From an uncultured archaeon (GTDB taxonomy: Archaea > Iainarchaeota > Iainarchaeia > Iainarchaeales > VGJJ01): 63,451 nt of DNA. Positions within the stretch are counted from its first letter, which is position 1. Every line of letters starts with the position of its first letter. The notes under the pieces are model-generated. The model did not search any database, was not told the DNA's origin, and saw only the letters and a program-made list of their open reading frames with translations. Shown one piece after another: positions 1 through 8,232 of the stretch. The stretch is from the NCBI GenBank assembly GCA_964363635.1, contig CAYIIU010000003.1, positions 1 through 63,451 of the forward strand, read 5' to 3'. A program made the translations under genes and the position numbers.

Positions 1-228
1 TTCACTCCCATCGCCGACCCCATTGACTTTGGAAAAATTGTTCAAAATTTTCAACAGAGTCCCCTGTTCATTTTAGTTATCGCCATTTTTGCCGTGCTTG
101 GAATATACATCGCACTCAACCGGGAACAATTCTCCAAGAAGATTGAAACCTATGTGATTGAACACTCGGAATTCAAAACGAAACCCAAACAGGACATTGA
201 TGCGGATTTGGGAGCGGACGAGGCGTAG
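1..228 (+). CDS. 3' end of a CDS entering from the left edge (hypothetical, one hydrophobic helix)
   Basis: Frame 1 is open from base 1 to TAG at 226-228. My translation ends ...SPLFILVIAIFAVLGIYIALNREQF...GADEA. No family recognised. Confidence 0.35.
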   Translation, partial: FTPIADPIDFGKIVQNFQQSPLFILVIAIFAVLGIYIALNREQFSKKIETYVIEHSEFKTKPKQDIDADLGADEA

Positions 229-233
229 TACGC

Positions 234-719
234 ATGGACACGAAACCCTCGCCGCTATTTCTTATTATTTTAGCCGGATTAGGAACCGCACTGCTTTCTC
301 CCATCAATGCGAACGGAACCCCCATATTCGTTTTAGCCATTCCATTTGCTATTTTGGCAACTATTTTGTACACAAAAGAAGACGGCATCATGGTGGGCGT
401 TGGTGCGAGTGCGGCAGGCGCGTTGCTGCTTCAATCCATGGAATTTTGGGACATGATTAGTTATGCACTGGCCGCGGGAATCATCGTTTTAGTATACGAT
501 GCCATTTATCCCAAGAAAAAAGAAGATATTTCAGCTATTTTATTTGCCGTGTTAGGCGTATTAGTGTATGAATTCATCCGCGAACTCTCGACGAGGCAAA
601 CGATTCTCTTCCGGCCGGAATTATTTTTAGGAACCAACCCCGCATTGGGATTGCAAATCCTCGCGAACGTTTTTGCGACGGGAATACTTCTTTCGTTTTA
701 CCATTCACCCAAAAAGTAG
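234..719 (+). CDS. hypothetical polytopic membrane protein
   Basis: 161-aa ATG ORF with 4-5 hydrophobic segments (LFLIILAGLGTALL, IFVLAIPFAILATILY, ALAAGIIVLVY, AILFAVLGVLVYEF, LQILANVFATGILLSF). Confidence 0.5.
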   Translation: MDTKPSPLFLIILAGLGTALLSPINANGTPIFVLAIPFAILATILYTKEDGIMVGVGASAAGALLLQSMEFWDMISYALAAGIIVLVYDAIYPKKKEDISAILFAVLGVLVYEFIRELSTRQTILFRPELFLGTNPALGLQILANVFATGILLSFYHSPKK

Positions 720-736
720 ACAAAAAAAATAATTCA

Positions 737-964
737 TTAATGGAACCCAAAATTTCCAAAGATTTCTCTCCAGAGCAAATCGAAGCGGCCGGAAAAAATT
801 TCTGCCCAGCGGGCGCCGGTAAGGTCGGACACGGCGATGAGGGCAATAATTCCCACGATCAAGTAGACCCAGCGCTTGTCCACATTCGTCAGCCAGAGGT
901 TGAGCGCGTAGTAGAATACGAGCAGCTCAAAAATGAGCGACCAGCCGAAGATGCCTTCAATCAT
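737..964 (-). CDS. small two-helix membrane protein (hypothetical)
   Basis: 75-aa ATG ORF with two hydrophobic helices. The overlapping + ORF 740-1090 has a less protein-like composition. Confidence 0.35.
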   Translation of the reverse strand: MIEGIFGWSLIFELLVFYYALNLWLTNVDKRWVYLIVGIIALIAVSDLTGARWAEIFSGRFDLLWREIFGNFGFH

Positions 965-1171
965 GAAAGAGAATACGCTCCCAAATGCTTAAAACAACAT
1001 TATGTAGCTGGCCAGTTTCGGAACCCTTTAGAAAAGGGCCAAGCAAACCATTGGTTTGCGGGCCCCGTAAAACCAAAATGGTTTTACTAGGGTTCATCGA
1101 AACTTTTGTTCGAACTTTTTTCAAAAGTTCGGCTGGCCGCTGCGAGAAACGGGTACTGCTTCGCAGTACCC

Positions 1172-1576
1172 CTATTTTCCGAAAGTCTTTGCTTTTTTGA
1201 TGCCCTCGTGAAGAATGCCCTCAAAGGGAATCTTTCTCCATTTCAAGAGGTTTTGAATGGAATAATCATCCGTGTAGACTTTCACTTTTTCCCTCCGCGC
1301 AACCATCTCTAGTGCGAGACCGATTAGGCTTTCATCGGCGCGTGAGAGACGTTTAACACCGTATTTGCGGGCGAGAGCTTGAACGGCCTGAATGGTCGCC
1401 ATGCACGGGTCCTGAAAATGAAAGTCGAATTGTTGAGAGGCGGCTTCCAAGCGCAAACGGGAGAGGTTTTCCTTCACTTCGGAGTCGCAAGCGAGGGTAA
1501 TGTAATACGCATGCTTTTTAGAAAAAGGAAACGAAGTAGCATTGATGAACACCGCGGCATCGAGGAGGATATTCAT
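1172..1576 (-). CDS. Nob1-like PIN-domain endonuclease (no zinc ribbon)
   Basis: N-terminal LLDAAVFI, then SRADESLIGLA and VYTDDYSIQNLL. I associate the TDDYxIQN string with Nob1-type PIN domains. The protein ends 20 aa later with no CxxC ribbon. Confidence 0.65.
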   Translation of the reverse strand: MNILLDAAVFINATSFPFSKKHAYYITLACDSEVKENLSRLRLEAASQQFDFHFQDPCMATIQAVQALARKYGVKRLSRADESLIGLALEMVARREKVKVYTDDYSIQNLLKWRKIPFEGILHEGIKKAKTFGK

Positions 1577-1617
1577 ACGCTGAAATAGGGGTTAAAGTTG
1601 ATAAATGGAAAGGATGA

Positions 1618-2526
1618 ATGAGGAGTATGCCACCGTTCAAAAAACAAATGCAGGAGAAACTCGCCCATGCGCTAAGCAAAAGTGAATCAGAAATGCTCCC
1701 GGCATCCTTTCAACGGCTGGGACACATCGTTATTTTACGTTTGCGAAAAGAATTAGTCCCATACAAAAAAATAATTGGAGAAGCTGCCATTACATGTGTG
1801 CCGGGAACTAAAACGGCGTGTGTGAACACGAGAAAAATTGAATCGGAATTTAGAAATCCCAACATTAAATACGTGGCGGGAGAAGACTATTTAGAAGTCG
1901 ACCATCACGAACACGGATGCGTGTTCCGGTTTGACGTGACCAAGCTGATGTGGTCGATGGGAAACATGAATGAGAGAAAACGAATGTACGAAATGGTAAC
2001 GCCCAACGAAACGGTCGTGGATTTCTTCGCGGGCATTGGATACTGGAGCATTCCTATTGCCAAAAACACGAAAGCAAAGCACGTGTATGCGATTGACGCG
2101 AATCCTGACTCGATTGCCGCGCTGCGCGTCAACAAAAAATTGAATAAGATTCCCGACTCCAAAATGACGATTGTTCAAGGCAAATGCGAAGAAGTCGCTC
2201 CGAGTTTAGGACGCGTGGCGGATCGAATCATATTAGGATACATTCCCGCACCCGTGTTCGCGCTCACGGCGGCGTTTCACACACTCAAACGTGGGGGAGG
2301 GGTTATTCATTACGAGGGCGTGTGTGAAGAGGGAAAATACGAAGAATTGTTGCAAGATGTGCGCGCGCAGGGGGAACCCTTAGGATGGAACGTCGAATTG
2401 ATGAACGCCCAACAGGTGAAAAGCATGGCCCCCCACAAGTGGCACTATGTGTTGGACATCCGCGCGACGCCGATTGACTATAATGAAGGCGTGATGGAAT
2501 TCCAAAGAAGAAAAAATAATTATTAA
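1618..2526 (+). CDS. trm5: Trm5/Taw2(TYW2)-family tRNA position-37 methyl/aminocarboxypropyl transferase
   Basis: Class I SAM-binding motif VVDFFAGIGYWSIPIA followed by YAIDANP. Length is 302 aa. Taw3 is encoded nearby. The start could be the ATG at 1627. Confidence 0.75.
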   Translation: MRSMPPFKKQMQEKLAHALSKSESEMLPASFQRLGHIVILRLRKELVPYKKIIGEAAITCVPGTKTACVNTRKIESEFRNPNIKYVAGEDYLEVDHHEHGCVFRFDVTKLMWSMGNMNERKRMYEMVTPNETVVDFFAGIGYWSIPIAKNTKAKHVYAIDANPDSIAALRVNKKLNKIPDSKMTIVQGKCEEVAPSLGRVADRIILGYIPAPVFALTAAFHTLKRGGGVIHYEGVCEEGKYEELLQDVRAQGEPLGWNVELMNAQQVKSMAPHKWHYVLDIRATPIDYNEGVMEFQRRKNNY

Positions 2527-2646
2527 TTAGCTTGCGCTTCAATAGGACTTTTTACTCTTTCCACCCTCTACTTGCAGTATGCAAATTTTTATCTCAATAT
2601 CGAAACCACTACTTCGACTCGAAGATAAAAATATCCGGTGACTGTT

Positions 2647-3465
2647 CTATTTCTTGAAAACGAACAAATGCTCGTGCATAATCAAGTGAAAATTGTGCTT
2701 TTTGGATAGGCTTTTCCAGTATGGTGTTGCATTGCAGTTGTATTGCGCTTTGATGATGTCTTCTTTGAGTTTGAATCCCGATTCAAGGAATTGGTTCATC
2801 GTTTGATAGGCTAAAGATTGGTACATCCCTTTGAGCCGTGTATCTCCAATCAAAATAGCGCAATATTTCTCCGGTTTAAGCACGCGATGAAGTTCTTGAG
2901 CCACTTTTTTCATTTCAGCTAAAAATGCAGAAATATTGAGGTTTGAAAGGTCATCTTTAGCTGGAGTGTATTGGATAATATTAGCATAAGGTGGGTGCGC
3001 GACGACTAAATCAACTGAATTATCTTCAATTTTAGACAAATTTCGTGCGTCTCCTTGAAACAATTCAATATTTTTTGTTGAACTAAAATCTAATCGATTC
3101 CAAGTCAGCATCAAGGCGTCTTTGTTGGTGTCAATTCCAATTCCTTTTCGATTAAGTAATTTAGTTTCAATCATCGTTGTTCCGCTACCACAAAAGGGGT
3201 CGAGAACGGTATCATTTTCCTGTGAATATCGCAAAATCATGTTACGGGGGATTTGGGGAGCAAAATTACCCCGATATTTGGCATTAAATCCGTGTGTTGC
3301 CCAGTCTCCTCGTTTAGGAAATGAAAATGCAGTCGTATATTCTACTTCAAAATTTTCGGGTTGGAGTTTTTCAAGAATTGGTTTTTGGAGAGTAAATTCA
3401 CTCTCAGCGATAGTTATTTTTTTGCCAATGTTTTTTTCGTATTCTGAAACAGGGATTGATCGCAT
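2647..3465 (-). CDS. DNA methyltransferase (amino-methyltransferase, N6-A or N4-C)
   Basis: VLDPFCGSGTT (motif I) lies about 60 aa before DLVVAHPPYANI (motif IV, xPPY). It is co-oriented with the Dam-like methylase and a PD-(D/E)XK ORF. A Trm11-like RNA methylase cannot be fully excluded. Confidence 0.7.
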   Translation of the reverse strand: MRSIPVSEYEKNIGKKITIAESEFTLQKPILEKLQPENFEVEYTTAFSFPKRGDWATHGFNAKYRGNFAPQIPRNMILRYSQENDTVLDPFCGSGTTMIETKLLNRKGIGIDTNKDALMLTWNRLDFSSTKNIELFQGDARNLSKIEDNSVDLVVAHPPYANIIQYTPAKDDLSNLNISAFLAEMKKVAQELHRVLKPEKYCAILIGDTRLKGMYQSLAYQTMNQFLESGFKLKEDIIKAQYNCNATPYWKSLSKKHNFHLIMHEHLFVFKK

Positions 3466-3508
3466 AATTTATCAACAAACAGTTATGGTTTAAACCTACG
3501 TAAAATTT

Positions 3509-4327
3509 CTAATAACCTTGACGAATAAGCAATTCATTTACGGGGCCGCGTTTATCTGATTTACAGTTAATCATTCGATTTGCTTTAATGGTGCTTTTTT
3601 CAGAATCTGAAAAGAGTTCATCGATAATAGGAGTGTGAGAATTGCTAAGCATTACTTTTATACCATTCTTTGCCAAAGAAGTGAATGTTTCTTTGAGTCG
3701 AATTTGGTCATCAATCGTAAATGACTGTGAAGTATACGCGGTGAAACTCGCTGTTTTGGTAACGGGAAGATAAGGAGGATCAAAATACGCAAAATCATCT
3801 TTCTTAGCCAATCGAGTTATCTCAGAAAAATCACCGCAAAACAATTTTGCTTTTTGAAGCGCGCGAGACGCGTTTCGAATGCCTTCAACATCCACAATTT
3901 TAGGATTTTTGTATCTTCCAAAAGGAACATTAAATTTTCCTGATTTATTCTCACGATATAATCCATTAAACGCCGTTTTATTGAGATAGATAAATCGTGC
4001 GGCTTGTTCAACGGAATCTAAGGGTTCCCATTCACGGATTTTATAAAATGCTTCAGAAGTGTTAGAATATTTTCTCTTTTTCAATTCTTCAATTAGTCCA
4101 GTAGGCTTTCGTTTGACCACTTCATACGCGTTCATTAGTCGCGGATTCAAGTCGGCTAAAACAGCGTTTTTGATTCTCCCTTGATTAAAAAGTTCAAAAA
4201 AAAGTGCTCCACCACCAATGAAAAACTCATGGTAAGTGTTGAAAGATTCTGGGGCTTGTGAAAGTAGACTATTCAATAATTGTCTTTTTCCGCCAGCCCA
4301 CTTGATGAAAGGTTTAGCTGCAACCAT
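3509..4327 (-). CDS. dam: Dam-family N6-adenine DNA methyltransferase (probably GATC-type)
   Basis: The N-terminal PFIKWAGGKRQLL, FFIGGGALFFEL and FAYFDPPYLP motifs are the classic D12-class/Dam signature. Confidence 0.9.
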   Translation of the reverse strand: MVAAKPFIKWAGGKRQLLNSLLSQAPESFNTYHEFFIGGGALFFELFNQGRIKNAVLADLNPRLMNAYEVVKRKPTGLIEELKKRKYSNTSEAFYKIREWEPLDSVEQAARFIYLNKTAFNGLYRENKSGKFNVPFGRYKNPKIVDVEGIRNASRALQKAKLFCGDFSEITRLAKKDDFAYFDPPYLPVTKTASFTAYTSQSFTIDDQIRLKETFTSLAKNGIKVMLSNSHTPIIDELFSDSEKSTIKANRMINCKSDKRGPVNELLIRQGY

Positions 4328-4384
4328 GCAAAAAGAAGCCTTTTTCTCTTTATAAAACGCCTGAAAGTAGACCGCCGAAAAGAA

Positions 4385-4912
4385 CTATTCCATTGGCTCG
4401 GGAAGGCCAAAATAAGAGAATGGAATCGTTCCGAAAAAATATCGGCAACCACTATTTTCAACGTATTCTAATGCATCGCGATAGGACTCGTGTTGGAACC
4501 AGTCACTTAATACATACGCATAATGCACTTTCAATCCAAGAGGTTCAACGAGTTTACGATACTGTTTAATCTTGAAAGAACATGTTTGAAGTTTCTCATC
4601 AACTGAACCGGGAGTCTCCTGAAATTTTACTTCAATAATAAATAATTCTTTAGTAGCAAAAATGATGATTGCATCATCAGGTAGGAGTTTCTTTGAAATG
4701 ATCTTAGAATAGTCAATACCATTCGATTCTAAAAATTTTGAATAAAACTTATGCTTTGAATAAGTTTGAGCGACTTTTTGACCCTTGTAAAAAATTTCAT
4801 CTCCTTCAACAGAGTATCCAGGCGACTTACTCAATAACGTCTTGACATCCGTACGTGACTCAAAATTTAGTCCATTAGCAATCGGCCTTAGACTTCCTTT
4901 TCCTTTAATCAT
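4385..4912 (-). CDS. candidate type II restriction endonuclease, PD-(D/E)XK fold
   Basis: LLPDDAIIIFATKELFIIEVKFQ gives a D...E-x-K arrangement. The gene is first in the co-directional methylase cassette. The track start at 4930 is TTG, so I use the ATG at 4912. Confidence 0.5.
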   Translation of the reverse strand: MIKGKGSLRPIANGLNFESRTDVKTLLSKSPGYSVEGDEIFYKGQKVAQTYSKHKFYSKFLESNGIDYSKIISKKLLPDDAIIIFATKELFIIEVKFQETPGSVDEKLQTCSFKIKQYRKLVEPLGLKVHYAYVLSDWFQHESYRDALEYVENSGCRYFFGTIPFSYFGLPEPME

Positions 4913-5061
4913 ATCAAAAGGACAGATCAAGAAACTTAAAAAGAGGCGTTAAAAAATCGCCCCAAAAGCCCACTCACCGCGTCCAAAAAACCATCTCGCA
5001 ATGTTTCACATCCGTTTCCATCAAGATAGCAACTCTAACATGCTGCCGTATAATTTTGATA

Positions 5062-5841
5062 TCAATCTTTTGGTTCGCGGATGACGTACAAGCGCAATTC
5101 TTGTGTAATCACGCACTTTCCATCCTTCATGTGCTGCTTCAAGAATGCGGTGAGGGCCGCTTTTTGCTCGTTGGTGATGTCTCTGCGCACGAAAGTGTTG
5201 GAAAAAACTTCGAAGGCCCATTCGGCGGACTTGAATTCAAACAAGAGAGGGACTTTCTTTACTTCAACGCTCCACTCCTGCTCCTTGCACCACTTGGGGA
5301 ATTCGACATCGAACTCTTTGCACTTCTGCACATGCGCGGGCTTGCACACTTCTTCCATTTTGGGAAGCTCGCCATCGCCGGAGGAAAAACCCACCACAAT
5401 AGGACTCCCCGCACGGGTGACGCGAACCATTTCTTTGACAATTTTGTCCCAGCGCGATTTATCGTGGTGAATGACCCACATGCAATAGGTGGATTCGGAA
5501 ACCGAATCATCAAACGGAAGACCCACGAGAGGAGCTTGCGCGACTTGAACATTGTTCAAGCGATGGTCCTTGATGAGTTTGTTCACGACCTTGATTACCC
5601 AATCGGATTCATCCACCGCAGTAATAGTCTGCGCAAGCATGGAAAATGGAAGGATTAAACGGCCGGGACCGCACCCCACATCCATGACGTGCTTTCCTTT
5701 GATTTCCGCCGCTTCGGCAATCGCGGGAAGTTCTTTCGTTTCCCTCCAAACGGAAGCTTTGACCATCTCTTCCCAGTAGTCCCAGTAGACGGAATCCTTC
5801 TTGTCTTCCGACTTGCGAGCGGTGGTGGGGCGGTAAGGCAT
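5062..5841 (-). CDS. class I SAM-dependent methyltransferase
   Basis: Motif I VMDVGCGPGRLILPF followed by ITAVDES. Substrate unknown. Confidence 0.75.
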   Translation of the reverse strand: MPYRPTTARKSEDKKDSVYWDYWEEMVKASVWRETKELPAIAEAAEIKGKHVMDVGCGPGRLILPFSMLAQTITAVDESDWVIKVVNKLIKDHRLNNVQVAQAPLVGLPFDDSVSESTYCMWVIHHDKSRWDKIVKEMVRVTRAGSPIVVGFSSGDGELPKMEEVCKPAHVQKCKEFDVEFPKWCKEQEWSVEVKKVPLLFEFKSAEWAFEVFSNTFVRRDITNEQKAALTAFLKQHMKDGKCVITQELRLYVIREPKD

Positions 5842-5891
5842 ACCATGTTTGCGTCAAACCCGCTTATAAAATCAAACTCTGGCATCCACGT

Positions 5892-6491
5892 ATGAAAGAG
5901 AGCATTTCACTCAAATTCAACGCGATCAAGACCCATGCAGCGAAAACACTGCACGCGGCAATACGCGAAAAGAAAATTGACCCCCTCATGGTGTCCATTT
6001 CAAAATTCGTGGAGAAAACAGCACACTATTTTACCACGTCCACATGCTCCGGACGCATTACATTAATGGACTTGAACGAGGACGAGAGCAAAAAAGAAAA
6101 TGTTTTTTACCGAAAATGGCATTCCATGGTGACATTCAAAGAAGTGTGGAAAGCGATTGAAGAATACTCAACCCAGGGAAATCTGTGGCTGCGACAGGAT
6201 GCGTTTGTGTATGTGATTGGCACGAACACCTGGGAAAACGTCAAACAAATCATCCGCGCGTGCCAGGAAGCAGGAGTTAAACGATATGGTGTGCACCACT
6301 TTGAGGATGAAAAGATTTTGATGGAGATTTTTGGGACGCAAAATATGAGCATCCCACTCATCACTAAAGGAAAAATGCTCGCGAACAAGGATGCGGTCAA
6401 AGAATGGGTGAAGATTGCCAACCGAAAATGGACGCGCAACGAGAACAAGCGAAAAACGTTTGAAAAAGTGCTGAAGAAATATTTGAAATAG
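5892..6491 (+). CDS. taw3: tRNA wyosine-derivative methyltransferase Taw3/TYW3
   Basis: YFTTSTCSGRITLM matches the (S/T)xSSCxGR signature of TYW3. Length is 199 aa. The TATA-like cttataaaa at 5863-5871 lies about 25 nt upstream of the ATG. Confidence 0.75.
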   Translation: MKESISLKFNAIKTHAAKTLHAAIREKKIDPLMVSISKFVEKTAHYFTTSTCSGRITLMDLNEDESKKENVFYRKWHSMVTFKEVWKAIEEYSTQGNLWLRQDAFVYVIGTNTWENVKQIIRACQEAGVKRYGVHHFEDEKILMEIFGTQNMSIPLITKGKMLANKDAVKEWVKIANRKWTRNENKRKTFEKVLKKYLK

Positions 6492-6493
6492 TT

Positions 6494-6524
6494 TTTTTGA
6501 TTAAACTTTTTATAAAAAAGTTTA
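6494..6524. terminator. palindromic bidirectional oligo-T terminator shared by convergent taw3 and the decarboxylase gene
   Basis: TTTTTGATTAAACTTTTTATAAAAAAGTTTA. The last TTA is the complement of the decarboxylase stop codon (6522-6524). T5-6 runs are present on both strands. Confidence 0.55.
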
Positions 6525-7592
6525 TTCCACGACCACAATCTTAGGAGCCTCGCGCGAGAGATTCCAACTCACTTCGGTGCAGTATGCTCCTGCATTTTCC
6601 ACCGCAATAAGGTCGCCCGTTGACAACGCCGCATGAATCTGCCCCAATTCATCCGAACCGAACATGAGAGGTCCTGCAAGACGGATACTCGTTTTTCGCG
6701 CGCCGGTTTCAGTTAATGCGAAGAAACGGTACGGATTCATGGTGATGCGCGGAAGGACATTAATCCCCGCATCAAGGAGAGCAAACGATTGTCCCTCGAC
6801 ATTTTTGACATGACAGACACGCGCAACTAATATCATCGCGTCTTCGCAAAGGAAGCGGCCGGGCTCCACGTATAACACGCGCGTACGCAGAAACTCTCCG
6901 AGGTGTTCACGAATGAGCACGGCGTATTGTTCTATTTTTTCTTTGCGCTCAATGAGGCTGGTTCGGCCGGGAAGACCGCCGCCGATGTCCACTCCCAACA
7001 GGAAAGGATATTCACGCACCACTTGAGCGAAACGAGAAATGAAATTCTTGTACGAATTGAGCGTTCCGCTCGTGCCCGGGTGGCCGTGGAGCACAACAAC
7101 CTGCAAACCTACTGTTGCGAGATGCTCAATCGTTTTACGAATCTCATTCGGAGAAAAACCAAAACGATGATTATCCATGCGCACGCGCAGACCCACAGAC
7201 AGCGGTTTCATTGGAGAAAGACGCGAGACTTGCTCCGCGTGCGATAATGAATCCAGAATGATGAGGGCATTCTGCGCGAGGGCCTCTTTTATTTCCTCAT
7301 CTGAAGAAGCACAGCTGTTGAAAATTTTCTGCCCAGAAAAGGATTTGACTGCTGCGAGTTCTCGTGCGGAAACGCATTCGAAGCCGGATTCCATTTTGTT
7401 CAACGAATGAAGGATTTTTTCATGAGGATTCGTCTTTACCGAGTAGCAAATGCGTACTTTTTGGGCAATGTTTTGCAGCGCGTCCGCGAGCTCAAAATAA
7501 TGCGTTTGAGAGACGCGGGGCATCAGCACCCAGAAAGGAGTAGGCTGTTCACGTGCAAGTTCAGCCAGCCATTGCTTATCGCGGGCGTTCAT
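6522..7592 (-). CDS. PLP-dependent Orn/DAP/Arg-decarboxylase-fold protein
   Basis: Motifs CYSVKTNPH (PLP lysine), HGHPGT, DIGGGLPG, EPGRFL and AGAYC. At 356 aa it is short for the family. Confidence 0.75.
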   Translation of the reverse strand: MNARDKQWLAELAREQPTPFWVLMPRVSQTHYFELADALQNIAQKVRICYSVKTNPHEKILHSLNKMESGFECVSARELAAVKSFSGQKIFNSCASSDEEIKEALAQNALIILDSLSHAEQVSRLSPMKPLSVGLRVRMDNHRFGFSPNEIRKTIEHLATVGLQVVVLHGHPGTSGTLNSYKNFISRFAQVVREYPFLLGVDIGGGLPGRTSLIERKEKIEQYAVLIREHLGEFLRTRVLYVEPGRFLCEDAMILVARVCHVKNVEGQSFALLDAGINVLPRITMNPYRFFALTETGARKTSIRLAGPLMFGSDELGQIHAALSTGDLIAVENAGAYCTEVSWNLSREAPKIVVVE

Positions 7593-7646
7593 AGAAAGGC
7601 TCCTTGGGCAAACCCTTAAAGCCGATACGGAACCCCATTCTAAGTG

Positions 7647-8219
7647 ATGAAATCCATGAAAATGACCCCGCCCCCACGCGGAAGGGGAGTTTTAGGACGA
7701 ATACGAGCGTACTTCCGACGCCCCACGCTCAACCAAGGACACGTGGAGAAACGAACGGAATGGTTAGTGAGACAGCACGGCCGCCACCCGCGTGTATCGG
7801 CATTCAACGAGATGATTCGACTTTCACGAATGCCGGATGAGGCGGCCAAACGGGCGATGAGCGATGAAGATACGGACATGAGTGTAGTCGTCAATTCCTC
7901 TGAACGAGTGCCGCGAAAAACATTATTTGAATTGGAAAAAACCGTGCTCGACAAAGGAGTGGAAGAGGCCGCGATGTCGGTGTCGATGCAATATCCTTCA
8001 CTCGCGGAAATATTGCTGCAAAAAAATGACTTCGTGGCGTTTGTAAACGCCAATTGTTTGCACGAAAAATGGAAAAAAAATTTGTTACAACTTTCGGAAA
8101 CCAATCCGAATGTGCGCGCGGTGGGATTGCTGCTGTATCTGCGCAAAGCGTACCGCCCAACAACGAAAATAAGCGTGCGAAAATCAGTGACGCGATATGT
8201 TCCTGATGCGGTTGCATAA
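7647..8219 (+). CDS. hypothetical protein (Arg-rich N-terminus)
   Basis: 190-aa ORF from the ATG at 7647 (the track start at 7644 is GTG). Its composition is more plausible than the antisense ORFs 7640-8236 and 7891-8217. Confidence 0.4.
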   Translation: MKSMKMTPPPRGRGVLGRIRAYFRRPTLNQGHVEKRTEWLVRQHGRHPRVSAFNEMIRLSRMPDEAAKRAMSDEDTDMSVVVNSSERVPRKTLFELEKTVLDKGVEEAAMSVSMQYPSLAEILLQKNDFVAFVNANCLHEKWKKNLLQLSETNPNVRAVGLLLYLRKAYRPTTKISVRKSVTRYVPDAVA

Positions 8220-8232
8220 TTCGAAAAAAAAA

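Noticed and set aside
740-1090. 116-aa + strand ORF.
   Set aside because: It overlaps the two-helix membrane ORF on the other strand and runs into the hairpin array. Its composition is not convincing. Either call is weak.
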